From the NCBI GenBank assembly GCA_963845535.1, contig CAWJSK010000012.1:288001-352000 (forward strand): a stretch of 64,000 bases of DNA. Direction: 5' to 3'. Below are positions 29,078 through 39,047 of the stretch, piece by piece (position 1 is the first letter of the stretch; every line of letters starts with the position of its first letter). The translations under genes were made by a program, and so were the position numbers. Origin of the DNA: an uncultured Spirochaetota bacterium. Lineage in GTDB: Bacteria > Spirochaetota > Spirochaetia > SZUA-6 > Fen-1364. Under the pieces are notes generated by a model. That model was not told the origin of the DNA. It did not search any database and saw nothing but the letters and a program-made list of their open reading frames with translations.

Positions 29078-30333
29078 AGGACCCACCTCAGCCCGACACG
29101 AACCTCGAACAGGTCGAGTGCAAACAATGGAGGGATAGTGATGTACGGGAACGTGCCATTACTCTGGCCGTTGCCGTTGCTGCCGAATGAGGCCAGGAAA
29201 AGCGCCGGCAGGGGTGTGTAATAGGCCGTGGGGGTAAGCTCGGCGAATGCGCGCACCGGCCCGAAGAGCGGAAAGTCGGTTCCGGCAGCGAGTCGCACGG
29301 CAAACGGAAGCAAGTTGTCCACGACGAGCGCTCCGCCTCCAGGCCAGGAAAACCTGACGAGCGCACCGGCGCCGAAGTACCACCGCATCGCGTTGTCCTC
29401 AGGGCTTACGTAGAGCCCGAGGAGAAAGCCAAGCTGGGAAAGCGGCAGGCTTGTAAATATCTGGTTCTGGTTGACCGCGACTCCGGCCCTGAACGTCGTG
29501 TACTCCAGTCTGCCAAAGAAAGGCATGGACGGTATGGAGAAGTTTGCGGAGATCCCGGGGAAGAATCCGTTCTGGAACGCCGCATCCAGCTTCAACCATG
29601 GCGAACGTACCTGTTGCAGGGGAATCTCCGCCTGCCCGTCAAGGTAAAAGTTCAACTTGTTCGGGACATACCCGAACGCCGTGGCGCGCAGGGAGTACGA
29701 AGCCGGGGAAGGGAGGTCGATGGTTGCCGCTCCGTTAGGGCCTACAAAGAGCGGTTTGGGCGAAAGCCCGGTAATGGTTGTGCCAGGAACGGCTTTGATT
29801 GTGAGCGTCACAGGCGCCGGAGGCCCGCGGGTGTAGGCACGAGAAATCAGCGGCGGGTACTTTTTCACTACCTGTGGGATTACATCGTCCCATCTCTCCC
29901 CGTAGACGTCCAGCATGGAGAACGCTTCGTGTCGGGACACTGAGAAGTCCAGGGTCTTGATGTTGTACAGGAGGTCATAGGAGACCACTTGCAATGTCGG
30001 CGAGCCCTTGCCTGAAACCTTCACCACGAGCCAGCAATCAGCCCCCGCCTCTCTGGCGGCCTTGTTCCTGTCTTCCGTGGAGGAAGGAAAAGACTTCAGC
30101 GAGTAGTCGATGGGGACGGGAGCGTCATCCGCGTCGCTCAGCGCGGTGAGGAATGACCGCTTGAGGATGATCATCTCGTTGTCTGAATAGGAGAAAAGCC
30201 CGCCCTTCTCCATGACAAACAGGATTCGGCGAGGGGCTTCCTCAGCCGCGGCCTGCGCCTTTTCTTGGGCAAAGAGCGTTCCATGCAGGGAAAGGAGCAA
30301 AACGGTCAACAGGCACGCCAGCGGCCTTTTCAT
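29074..30333 (-). CDS. Secreted protein: TolB-N-like alpha/beta domain + PEGA-like domain + predicted OM beta-barrel
   Basis: Signal peptide ..TLFA|Q; AAREAGADCWLVVKV; YSLRATAFGY; amphipathic strands ending FEVRVGLRWVL. Confidence 0.7.
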   Translation of the reverse strand: MKRPLACLLTVLLLSLHGTLFAQEKAQAAAEEAPRRILFVMEKGGLFSYSDNEMIILKRSFLTALSDADDAPVPIDYSLKSFPSSTEDRNKAAREAGADCWLVVKVSGKGSPTLQVVSYDLLYNIKTLDFSVSRHEAFSMLDVYGERWDDVIPQVVKKYPPLISRAYTRGPPAPVTLTIKAVPGTTITGLSPKPLFVGPNGAATIDLPSPASYSLRATAFGYVPNKLNFYLDGQAEIPLQQVRSPWLKLDAAFQNGFFPGISANFSIPSMPFFGRLEYTTFRAGVAVNQNQIFTSLPLSQLGFLLGLYVSPEDNAMRWYFGAGALVRFSWPGGGALVVDNLLPFAVRLAAGTDFPLFGPVRAFAELTPTAYYTPLPALFLASFGSNGNGQSNGTFPYITIPPLFALDLFEVRVGLRWVL

Positions 30334-30337
30334 CTTC

Positions 30338-31318
30338 CTACCACCACGCCCCGTACTTTGTCAGAACCCGTGACATTGTATCAAACCCATAGAAAGAGCT
30401 GCCCCCAGACCGATAGGCAAACCGGACATTCTTGGGATCTGTTGAGGAGTGAAAGCTGGCTTGGGTGGAGCCGTCTGACGGGTTGATCTTTACGAAACTG
30501 GCGGCGTTCGAGTCATAGGCAAATATGCTTCCGCTGGCAAAGCCTAAGCTTTCCAGCTCCAGGTTGTCCCGCGAGGGCGAAGAGTCCAGGATATTAGCCG
30601 TTATGGTAAAGCCTGGCTTCGCCGCGGAAAAGAAATACACGTTGCCGACTTCATTATTGCCCGGAAAGCCCACGACGAAATATGCGTACCCCGACGGGTT
30701 GCCGTCATCAAGAACCGCGAAAAGCTGCAGGCCGGTGAGAGTTGAAGACAATGTAAAGTTTCCGATGGTTTTGGCAGCCCAGGGAAACCCTGCTGCGTAC
30801 GCCGCATCACCCATCGTGTATGAATTCACGGTAAAATCACAATAGTTTGTCGACGCGCCCACAAAACCATCGCTCCCTGCTTGATTGGCGCTCAGATTGA
30901 CGTCGCTGTTTGACGTGGAGAGAATCGAGAGATCCGCCGCGCTAAGGATGAGTTGCCCCAAGGCGATATTACCGCTTGCATCCGCCATGACACCGTCGCC
31001 GGCCAGGCCTGTGGCGGCAGTAAATGTCGCCTTCTTGTTCAGGTCCAGGTCGTAGAAGAATGCCTCCGGACCGGACGGCGGATTGCCCGTCACCACTACA
31101 TACCCGTAGCCACCTGCCTCAACGACCCTGATCTGGAAGGCGCTTCCATTATTCGAGGAGATCAGGCCGGAAAGATCCGCCTGCGCTTTTGCCAGCACGG
31201 TGGTTTCTGGAAAGACGGACCCGAAAACAAAGGTGAGGACGCCGCACGAGCCCAGGGACAGTACAGCAGCGAGCGCAAGAGCGGCCCGCAGCAATCCGGC
31301 AATCCGAGCAGGCCTCAT
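30338..31318 (-). CDS. Hypothetical lipoprotein (S/T/N/G-rich, beta-rich)
   Basis: MRPARIAGLLRAALALAAVLSLGSC lipoprotein signal; ATGA overlap with the upstream gene. Confidence 0.8.
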   Translation of the reverse strand: MRPARIAGLLRAALALAAVLSLGSCGVLTFVFGSVFPETTVLAKAQADLSGLISSNNGSAFQIRVVEAGGYGYVVVTGNPPSGPEAFFYDLDLNKKATFTAATGLAGDGVMADASGNIALGQLILSAADLSILSTSNSDVNLSANQAGSDGFVGASTNYCDFTVNSYTMGDAAYAAGFPWAAKTIGNFTLSSTLTGLQLFAVLDDGNPSGYAYFVVGFPGNNEVGNVYFFSAAKPGFTITANILDSSPSRDNLELESLGFASGSIFAYDSNAASFVKINPSDGSTQASFHSSTDPKNVRFAYRSGGSSFYGFDTMSRVLTKYGAWW

Positions 31319-32544
31319 TTCCATGGGATCACGACTCCCAGCGTTATGGGAGGCAAAAGCTGGTTCCAGAGCAGCGGGCCCTGATTTCCTCCCAGGAGGT
31401 TGTTTCCGACCCCTAATGGAAGCTTCACTTCGATCCGTGCAAACATCGGGAGCCCCCACGTGCGCCACTCCGACCAGAGGCTGAGGATGTTTATGTATAC
31501 GTCAGTGAAAATCGGCAGGGTTGTTCCCGGAATCCACGTAAAGATGGTGCCCATCCCGGCCGAGATCCCGAATCTGAATGCCGCCTCGGGCGGACGGAAG
31601 AGGTAAAGACCCGCCAGCAGCTCCGAGTCAGCATGGATGGGCCAGCTTGCGTTGGGCACGAACGGAATCTGCGTGTACAGGTACTCTGAGAAGTTGACCA
31701 TAACCCAGTCAGGCTTGGGGTACCAGCGAAGCGTGGCTCCCGCCCCTTCAAGCTGGCCGCCTGTCCAATCGATCTCCACGGACAGGTTGTTTGCGCGGGG
31801 CAGGCCCGTCAGCGCCACCTCAGGAGAGGCAATCACTGTTTGCTGGAGCGTATGGTATCCGTCCTGGCGCTTTTCCACCATGAAAGGCGTCCCTGCTTTC
31901 ATGCCGTCCGTCTCAAAGACCAGGGTCCCTTTCTGGATGCGGCCAACGCTTTTATGGCCTTCGATGAGGACCTCCATGCCGTTCTGCGGGGAGGTGAAGG
32001 TGATCTCATCCACGCGCACGTCGTTCTTCAGCGTGATCAGCTTTGGCGCGGACAGGAAGACCACTTTCTGAACGAGATCCGCTATCTCAGCATGGATGGA
32101 GTTGTAGAAACCGAGGTTGAAGCGCCATGTGTGAAGGAAGCCTGTAATAAGGCTCCCGTCTTTTACGTTCCAGCACTGCAAGGAGACGAGGATCCGGTCA
32201 TTCTCCTTGTAGTAGAACCCGGAAACGGCCATGTCTGCTCCGGCCTTCTGCCCCAGAAGGAGCGCCTGGGACGCTTCCGTCACGCGGTCCGGCGCCAGCT
32301 TCAGGCGGGCGGCTTCCGCCAGCCAACTGTCGTTCGGCAAGATATGAAAGCCCACAGCCTGGAACTCCTGCCGAACGGCTTCGCTCAAAGCCGCCTGGTG
32401 TTCCTGTTCGTCGTTCGGTGAAAGGTTGGCAAGGGGAAACACGCACACTGACGCGTCCGTGGCTTTGGAATCCGCGGACCATCCCCGGGGCACGGCAAGG
32501 GTGAGCGGCAAGATGAAGAAAACCAAGGCCCGCGGGATTCGCAT
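31315..32544 (-). CDS. Secreted protein: CsgG/TolB-N-like domain + PEGA-like domain + predicted OM beta-barrel
   Basis: Signal peptide; VCVFPLANLS..LGQKAGADMAVSG..ILVSLQCWNVKDG; FTSPQNGMEVLIEG..KRQDGY; strands ending ITLGVVIPWK. Confidence 0.72.
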   Translation of the reverse strand: MRIPRALVFFILPLTLAVPRGWSADSKATDASVCVFPLANLSPNDEQEHQAALSEAVRQEFQAVGFHILPNDSWLAEAARLKLAPDRVTEASQALLLGQKAGADMAVSGFYYKENDRILVSLQCWNVKDGSLITGFLHTWRFNLGFYNSIHAEIADLVQKVVFLSAPKLITLKNDVRVDEITFTSPQNGMEVLIEGHKSVGRIQKGTLVFETDGMKAGTPFMVEKRQDGYHTLQQTVIASPEVALTGLPRANNLSVEIDWTGGQLEGAGATLRWYPKPDWVMVNFSEYLYTQIPFVPNASWPIHADSELLAGLYLFRPPEAAFRFGISAGMGTIFTWIPGTTLPIFTDVYINILSLWSEWRTWGLPMFARIEVKLPLGVGNNLLGGNQGPLLWNQLLPPITLGVVIPWK

Positions 32545-32658
32545 AACGCTTGTGCAGCGTAGGATATACCATCTCTGCAAGGTTCGACAAGGATTGCCTG
32601 GGATTGCAGAGGATCGCCAACCCTTGTCCACGCCGCGGCAAGCCCGTACATTTGTGGC

Positions 32659-33201
32659 ATGGAAGACTCACCCATCCTGGAGGACGCCCTGGCCCTGTTC
32701 CGCAACTACAAAACGATGGCGGAAAAGGCCATGGCGCAGGTGAACGATGAAGAGTTTTTTCAGCAGGTCGACGACGAGTCCAACAGCATCGCCCTCATCG
32801 TCAAGCATCTTGCGGGCAACATGAGATCACGCTGGTCTGATTTCCTGACGGCTGATGGAGAGAAGCCGGACCGCGACCGCGACGGGGAGTTCGTCGCGGA
32901 GGCGGCGGACACGCGAGCGAGCGTGGAAGCCAGGTGGAATGAGGGCTGGAGGATTGCCCTTGCGACGCTTGAGGGCCTGTCAGACAAGGACCTCCAGCGC
33001 AAAGTCAGTATCCGCGGGGAGCCTCATACTGTCCTCAAGGCCGTCAACCGGAACCTCACCCACCTCGCCTACCATACCGGGCAGATCGCGTTCCTGGCCA
33101 AGCATCTTGCCGGGCAGCGCTGGCAGACGCTCAGCATGCCGCGCAACAGGAACCGTGTTTCCACCCGGAAGGCTACAGGGAAAACGAGCCGGCCTCGTTG
33201 A
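32659..33201 (+). CDS. DUF1572/DinB-family protein
   Basis: NSIALIVKHLAGNMRSRWSDFLT.DGEKP.RDRDGEF, HLAYHTGQI. Confidence 0.9.
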   Translation: MEDSPILEDALALFRNYKTMAEKAMAQVNDEEFFQQVDDESNSIALIVKHLAGNMRSRWSDFLTADGEKPDRDRDGEFVAEAADTRASVEARWNEGWRIALATLEGLSDKDLQRKVSIRGEPHTVLKAVNRNLTHLAYHTGQIAFLAKHLAGQRWQTLSMPRNRNRVSTRKATGKTSRPR

Positions 33202-34155
33202 AGCTCAGCGGCACGGGTTCCTTGCGGATCTCGTCTGGCACCTTGAGAGCGGCGCTGCCTGTAATGGCGAACGTGCCCCTGCGCTGCGCAAAGAGCGCCC
33301 GTACATTGCGGGACAGCTTCTGGGAGCTGAACGTGTTCGTGACGGTGATGAGGTCTCGACCCTTTTCCTTGACAACGCCCGTGCTCTCTCCCGTCACGAG
33401 CTTTTCCCCGTTCACCGTCAGGTCATAACCAAGCTTGTCGAAGGACAACGGCCCGCGCGCGTCGTTGCGTATTTCCAGCGTGAAGCTCACGGTGAGCGGG
33501 ACGTCGAGGTCGGCGGGATCAATCACCGGCTCGGAGGGCGCCCTCCCCGCAAGGATGTTCTTGAACACGCCCAGGGCCTTGCCCGGATCCGTCTTCCTGC
33601 CCGCGCGGATGATCGCATCAGCGATCTGCTGCTGAGTGGGAGGCAGCACCCGGAAGTCGCGGATGGCCACGTGAGGCTTGATTGCCGGAATCTTCTTTTC
33701 GAAGGAATAGTTGAACGTGATGTCGTTGGGCAGGCCGGGATCTTCGGCAAAGGAATGACCAGCGTGCCGTCTATCACCGTGTTCAGCCAGTCCTTGGTGA
33801 CGTAGTTCTTCACGAGCTTGATGATTCCGTCATAGGCGAGCGTGACGGTGAACGTGTTCGATTTCTCACTGTTGGCGGGGACCGTGAACCCGCCCTGACT
33901 GGCCGCGGTGAACACCTTGGCGCCCTCCACGGTGAAGCCGAGCGTCATCCCGCTGAACCCCAGGTTGACGGGATACGGATTCTTCACGGCAAGCTCAAAA
34001 AGAAACGTCACGTCCCGCAAGGTGATTGCCTCGAGCTGGAAGCGCTTGACCTCCGCCGTCGGCTTCGGAACGTTGATATTGCCGGGCAGGCTGAAGGCCC
34101 AGAGGGAAGCCCCGAGAGAAAAGAGAACGAAGACAGGAAGCAATCGCCGCGTCAT
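33173..34155 (-). CDS. Secreted tandem LEA_2/WHy-domain protein (frameshift at 33737-33739)
   Basis: Signal peptide; LAVKNPYPVNL in domain 1 and FTLEIRND..YDLTVNG in domain 2; adding one C joins the frames (IPGLPNDIT). Confidence 0.8.
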
Positions 34156-34242
34156 GTGTGTTTTCCTCCGTCGACAGTATAGCCGATAGTATAGCGCTTC
34201 CGCGGTTTTCCTTCCGCGCTTTTTGTTCCTTATATTGCATGC

Positions 34243-35268
34243 ATGAGCATCAATTTCGCAATGTGGCGCAAGGCAACCTCGACACTCGTTCGGATGGACA
34301 GCAAGCAGGAATGGGACGCGCTGGATGTGATCTCCAAGTGGCTGATTGCCACGAGGTCAGGTGTCACCACGGTCACGATCTACTCGTGCGTTATCGCGGG
34401 CCTGCTGGCCTTGCGGAGCGGCGCTTTCCCCTGGCTCACGTGGCTGATCGTCACGGTGGGCCTCTTCCTGGCGCACGGAGCCAACAACCTCCTCAACGAC
34501 TACACCGACTTCAGCCGCGGCATCGACAAGGACAACTACTTCCGGACCCAGTACGGCGTGCACCCGCTCGTGCAAGGCTTCTGGGACAAGAAGACGCAGA
34601 TGCGGTGGTTCGTGGTGAGCGGCGTCCTTGCGCTCCTGTCCGCGCTGTTTGCCATTTTCTATTCCCGCTTTGATCCCGTGGTGATCGGACTGGTCGTGTA
34701 TGGCTCACTGATGCTGCTTCTCTACACCTACCCGCTGAAATACTTTGCGCTGGGCGAGCTCACGATTTTCTTGATCTGGGGGCCGGTCATGATCGGCGGC
34801 GTATTCTTCCTGCTGACCCGTCAGTGGAGCTGGGACGTGGTCATTGCGGGCGTCCCCTTCGGGCTCAGCACGGCAAGCATCAACATCGGCAAGCACATCG
34901 ATAAGTCGGCGGAGGACCGGCAGAAAGGCGTCGGCACGCTGCCCGTGCGCATTGGAGAGACCGCCGCCCGCTATCTCAACATAGCGGCCATCGGCCTTGC
35001 CTACGCGGTCACCCTGTACCTGATTGCCGTCCCGAAATTCCTCACGCCCGTGATGCTCATCGTCTTCTTCGCCGCGCCGCTGGGATGGAAGGCGGTCTCG
35101 CGGATGACCAGGCCAAAGCCCGCGGCTGCTCCGCCAGGGTATCCCATCTGGCCGCGCTGGTTTTCCACGGTGGCGTTCATGCACAACAGGCGGTTCGGAA
35201 ACCTCTTCATCCTCGGGGTGGCGCTCGACACCGTCATCCGTCTGGTGTTTCCCGGGTTCTGGCGATAA
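34243..35268 (+). CDS. menA: UbiA-family prenyltransferase (MenA-like)
   Basis: NNLLNDYTDF..GID, LLYTYPLKY, HID...DRQKGVGTL; multiple TMs. Confidence 0.75.
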   Translation: MSINFAMWRKATSTLVRMDSKQEWDALDVISKWLIATRSGVTTVTIYSCVIAGLLALRSGAFPWLTWLIVTVGLFLAHGANNLLNDYTDFSRGIDKDNYFRTQYGVHPLVQGFWDKKTQMRWFVVSGVLALLSALFAIFYSRFDPVVIGLVVYGSLMLLLYTYPLKYFALGELTIFLIWGPVMIGGVFFLLTRQWSWDVVIAGVPFGLSTASINIGKHIDKSAEDRQKGVGTLPVRIGETAARYLNIAAIGLAYAVTLYLIAVPKFLTPVMLIVFFAAPLGWKAVSRMTRPKPAAAPPGYPIWPRWFSTVAFMHNRRFGNLFILGVALDTVIRLVFPGFWR

Positions 35269-35279
35269 GATATCGGCAT

Positions 35280-35780
35280 ATGATCAACGTCAAGCCCTTT
35301 TCCCATGAGCATCTCGAGGGTGCGCTTTCCGTGATCCTGCCCATCCAGCAGGAAGAGTTCGGGATCCCGATCACCATAGAGGACCAACCCGATCTGCTTG
35401 ATATCCCCGGTTTCTACCAGACCGGCAAGGGCAACTTCTGGGTGGCCCTTGCCGGGGTCAAGGTGGTGGGCACCGCGGCCCTCCTCGACATTGGCGGCGG
35501 CATGGCAGCCTTGCGGAAAATGTTCGTGAAAGCCGACTTCCGCGGACAGGGACGCGGCGTGGCTTCCGTGCTTCTGGCTCAGCTTCTTTCCTGGAGCGTA
35601 GCAAAAGAGATAGCGTCGATATTCCTGGGAACAACGGAAAAGTTCCACGCCGCTCACAGGTTCTACGAAAAGAACGGCTTTGTCGAAATCCCGAAAACGG
35701 CGTTACCAGAAAGCTTCCCGGTGATGAAGGTTGACACGAAGTTCTTCAAGCGCGCGCTTTCCGGAGGTTGCGCCTCCTAA
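35280..35780 (+). CDS. GNAT N-acetyltransferase
   Basis: LRKMFVKADFRG.GRGVA, AAHRFYEKNGF. Confidence 0.92.
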   Translation: MINVKPFSHEHLEGALSVILPIQQEEFGIPITIEDQPDLLDIPGFYQTGKGNFWVALAGVKVVGTAALLDIGGGMAALRKMFVKADFRGQGRGVASVLLAQLLSWSVAKEIASIFLGTTEKFHAAHRFYEKNGFVEIPKTALPESFPVMKVDTKFFKRALSGGCAS

Positions 35781-36493
35781 AACGTCATGTGCATCCGAAG
35801 CCCGTGCCGGTCATGAGGCGGGTCCGCGGGAATGCTGACGGCAGCGCCGCGCGCAATGCGACACGCCGTCCAGAGAGCGGCGCATGCGTCCAGGAGGTCG
35901 TCAAGAGCCCAGGCGGCCCGCCGGGGGCCCGCGCTCAACAGGGCGTCGCGGGCAGCGGAGAACGCCGGCCCGAAAAACTGCACGACGAGCCTCTCCCTAT
36001 CCACCTTGCCTTGCGTTGACTTCTTGGAATGGGCCATCGGGACGTTGCGGTTCCAGCACCGGAAGCACAGCTCTGGATGCACTTCGTTGACGATTGCCTG
36101 GTACTCGGGATTCCCGATCAGGAAAGAATCCACCTCTCTGATCTTGGGAACGATGTTCCAGGTTTGCTGATTGATTTTTCGGCCGTCAGCCTTCTGTCCG
36201 AGGCTGCAGGCGTGGCGATAGCTCGTTGCCGCAAGGACGCGACGCACCGGCACCGCGAAGACGCTGCTTGACCGCGGTCTCCCGAGGAGCTTGCGCGCCT
36301 CAAGCTCGCAGGGCCGAGGCCCCGCCTCGGTGAGGCCGATGGGCATGTCGATGCCAACCACGGCCTCCTTCGGATCGAAAGCGAGGATCTCGTCTATACG
36401 GCTGAAGATGCCCGCGCGGAGTGCGCCAGTGCCGAGATCCTGCGCAACGTACAGCCAACCCGCCCGGCAGCCGTCAATTCCGAACGCTTTCAC
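35777..36493 (-). CDS. DUF429 domain protein
   Basis: GIDGCRAGW, GIDMPIGL, EVHPE, DDLLDA. Confidence 0.9.
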   Translation of the reverse strand: MKAFGIDGCRAGWLYVAQDLGTGALRAGIFSRIDEILAFDPKEAVVGIDMPIGLTEAGPRPCELEARKLLGRPRSSSVFAVPVRRVLAATSYRHACSLGQKADGRKINQQTWNIVPKIREVDSFLIGNPEYQAIVNEVHPELCFRCWNRNVPMAHSKKSTQGKVDRERLVVQFFGPAFSAARDALLSAGPRRAAWALDDLLDACAALWTACRIARGAAVSIPADPPHDRHGLRMHMTF

Positions 36494-37853
36494 GAGCCTT
36501 CACGAAAGCCTGGACCGATCTCTGGACATCGTCAACCGTGGTCATGTAAGAGCAGACGCTGATCCTGATGGCGGGTTGGCCCTTCCACTGCGTGCCGCCG
36601 CACCAGCATTCCCCGGACCTCTGGATGGCATCCAGGGTTGCCATGGTCATTTCAGCAGACTCGCAGGTGACGAGGACCTGGTTGAAACACACATCATTGC
36701 AGATCGCGAAGCCTTCCGCGCCCAGGCGTTCGGCGAACATGGCCGCCATGTCGCACAAGCCATCCACCAGGTCGGCGACGCCGCGTCGGCCCAGGTTCTT
36801 CAGCGTTGCCCATAGCTCCACAGCCCGAGCCCTGCGCGACATGTCCGGCGTGTAAATCATGCCGTCACGCTTTTCGCTGTAAACGATGTATGCGCCGCTC
36901 ATGCGCATGGCCTTCGTGAGCGCATCCCTGTCCCTGCAAAACACGACGCCGTTATCATAGGGGGCGTTCAAAGTCTTGTGGGCGTCCGCGGACCATGAGT
37001 CGGCGAGCTCCATCCCTTTTGTCAGATGCCGATGCCTCCGAGATGCCGCGGCCCAGAGACCGAATGCGCCGTCCACGTGGACCCAGCATCCCGCGGCGCG
37101 CGCCTTCGGGCATATATCTGCAAAGTGATCAAAGGCGCCCGAGCTCACGTTTCCTGCCTGGAGCACGAGCAGCGTGCGCTCATCGAGCTTCGGCAGGGCA
37201 TCAGGCTTCATCCTCCCCTGGTCATCCACGGGGACCGTTTCCACACGCTGGCGTCCCAGACCGAGAATGGAAAGCGCCTTGTATACGGTGGAGTGGGCCT
37301 GTCCGCCCAGAACCACGCGAATCTCCGGGGCGCCGAAAAGGCCGCGGGCACCCGCGTCCCAACCCGCGCGGCGCAGCAGCTCGTCCCTGCCTGCCGCCAG
37401 TCCGCAGAGGGTGGCAGTCGAGGTGCCGCCCACAAAACCCGCGGCTGTCTTGGCGGGCAGGCCCAGGAGGTCGACGAGCCATTCCTCGCACACCGTCTCC
37501 AGAACGGAGGCGACCGGGGAGATCACGTACAACGCTGCGTTCTGGTCCCACGCGTCCGCGAGCCATTTCGCCGCAAGAGCTGCCGGCGTGATCCCGCCGT
37601 TGACAAACCCGAAGTACCTGCCGCCCGTCTGGGCAACGGTAGCAGGTGAACCGAGGGAATGCAGCATGTCCAGCACCACGCAGGGATCAACGCTTTCTTC
37701 CTGGAGCTTTTCGCTGAAAGCCTCCAGCCGGGCCAACGCTTCATCCGACGGAAAGACCCGCCGTGAAGCCGCGGCCTGCATGTAGTCGAGCGCATGTTGT
37801 TTGGCAATCTCGAAAAGATCCTCGTTTCCAACGTCCTGGCGCAGTCCTTCCAC
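36474..37853 (-). CDS. PLP-dependent decarboxylase (aromatic amino acid/glutamate decarboxylase group)
   Basis: RYFGFVNGG, WVHVDGAFG, DSWSADAHKTLNAPYD. Confidence 0.92.
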   Translation of the reverse strand: MEGLRQDVGNEDLFEIAKQHALDYMQAAASRRVFPSDEALARLEAFSEKLQEESVDPCVVLDMLHSLGSPATVAQTGGRYFGFVNGGITPAALAAKWLADAWDQNAALYVISPVASVLETVCEEWLVDLLGLPAKTAAGFVGGTSTATLCGLAAGRDELLRRAGWDAGARGLFGAPEIRVVLGGQAHSTVYKALSILGLGRQRVETVPVDDQGRMKPDALPKLDERTLLVLQAGNVSSGAFDHFADICPKARAAGCWVHVDGAFGLWAAASRRHRHLTKGMELADSWSADAHKTLNAPYDNGVVFCRDRDALTKAMRMSGAYIVYSEKRDGMIYTPDMSRRARAVELWATLKNLGRRGVADLVDGLCDMAAMFAERLGAEGFAICNDVCFNQVLVTCESAEMTMATLDAIQRSGECWCGGTQWKGQPAIRISVCSYMTTVDDVQRSVQAFVKARESVRN

Positions 37854-37949
37854 GGTTGTCCCCCTTGCTTGTTTCTACTCCAATCACGCAAAGTATGCCA
37901 GCTCGACAGAGTGCGGCGAATTGGGTACTTTGTGACATGGGAGCCAAAG

Positions 37950-38354
37950 ATGGAACGTGAGGACGCGACGGACCGCGCATTGGAGCGAGTGCTCGCGGTG
38001 ATGGACTCCCGTTTCGACCGCAAGCTCGACATCGACACGCTGTGCGACGAAGCGCACTTCTCCCGCTACCACTTCATCAGGACTTTCAGATCCAGGCTCA
38101 AGGAGACTCCGCACCAGTACCTCATGCGCAAAAGGATCGACAAGGCGCGGGAGCTTCTGGCCACGAGCGACATGTCGATCACGGACATTTGCTTCGCGGT
38201 AGGCCTTGAAAGCCTTGGCTCATTCAGCAGCCTTTTCCGCCGGGCCGTCGGCTGGCCTCCGTCGGTTTACCGCGCCCGCTCCATCGCGCAACGCAACTTT
38301 CCGCAGAAATACATACCCGCCTGCTGCTGGACCATGTTCGGCTTCCAAAACTGA
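37950..38354 (+). CDS. Short AraC-family transcriptional regulator (start may be 37937)
   Basis: FSRYHFIRTF...ETPHQYL..ITDICFAVG.ESLGSFSSLF; C-terminal IPACC. Confidence 0.9.
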   Translation: MEREDATDRALERVLAVMDSRFDRKLDIDTLCDEAHFSRYHFIRTFRSRLKETPHQYLMRKRIDKARELLATSDMSITDICFAVGLESLGSFSSLFRRAVGWPPSVYRARSIAQRNFPQKYIPACCWTMFGFQN

Positions 38355-38418
38355 GCAATTTTCAAGAAGCCGAGAAAAGATCGACCGTCGTATACTTGGC
38401 TTCCTGAGGAGGAAGAGT

Positions 38419-38835
38419 ATGACGGCGACGATTTCCCATATCAACCTGTTCGTTCGTGACCAGAAGAAAGCGTACGAGGTCTACGTCAACAAACTGGGGT
38501 TTGCCGTGAACACCGACATCACCATGGACAACGGAATGCGCTGGTTGACGGTCAGCCCTCCCGGCCATCCGGGCATCGAAGTCCTCCTGACGGAGCCGTG
38601 CTCTCCCATGATGAAAGACGAAATGGTGCGTCACATCAGAGCGGTCCTCGAAGCGGACGCCATGCCCGGGGGCGTCTGGAATACGGATGACTGCGAGAAA
38701 GCCTACGAGGAAATGAAAAAGAAGGGCTTTGAGTTCCTCAAGAAACCAACGAAGGAGTTCTATGGGACAGAGGCGTTATTCCGCGACGGTTGCGGGAACT
38801 GGTTCTCCCTCACGCAACGCCCCCCGAAGGGATAG
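38419..38835 (+). CDS. VOC/glyoxalase/bleomycin-resistance family protein
   Basis: LFVRDQKKA..Y...LGF, RWLTV, YG.EALFRDGCGNW; SD GAGGAGG. Confidence 0.92.
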   Translation: MTATISHINLFVRDQKKAYEVYVNKLGFAVNTDITMDNGMRWLTVSPPGHPGIEVLLTEPCSPMMKDEMVRHIRAVLEADAMPGGVWNTDDCEKAYEEMKKKGFEFLKKPTKEFYGTEALFRDGCGNWFSLTQRPPKG

Positions 38836-38878
38836 CGGCGCTGGGCCACAGCCGGGCTGGAGCTTGGGGCGGTATGCG

Positions 38879-38995
38879 CTGAACATTGCGAAAACGCAAA
38901 AAGTGGAAAAGAGTCTGCCACTCTTTGCGTTTTCGATAGGTGCGCGGGTGCTTGCCAGGAACGCGCAGGTACGGCAACATTTCGCAACGTGTCAG
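38879..38995. repeat. MITE-like element with imperfect terminal inverted repeats and an internal 18-bp hairpin
   Basis: Ends CTGAACATTGCGAAA / TTTCGCAACGTGTCAG; internal IR 38889-38906 / 38918-38935 (17/18 match). Confidence 0.45.
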
Positions 38996-39047
38996 AGGCT
39001 TGATTGCCTTCCACTCCGAGAGTACTCGTTCGGAGGCGCGAAACGTC

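Noticed and set aside
33173..33201. Convergent 29-bp overlap of the DUF1572 and LEA genes
   Set aside because: Short tail-to-tail overlaps are common in dense GC-rich genomes; no further structure.
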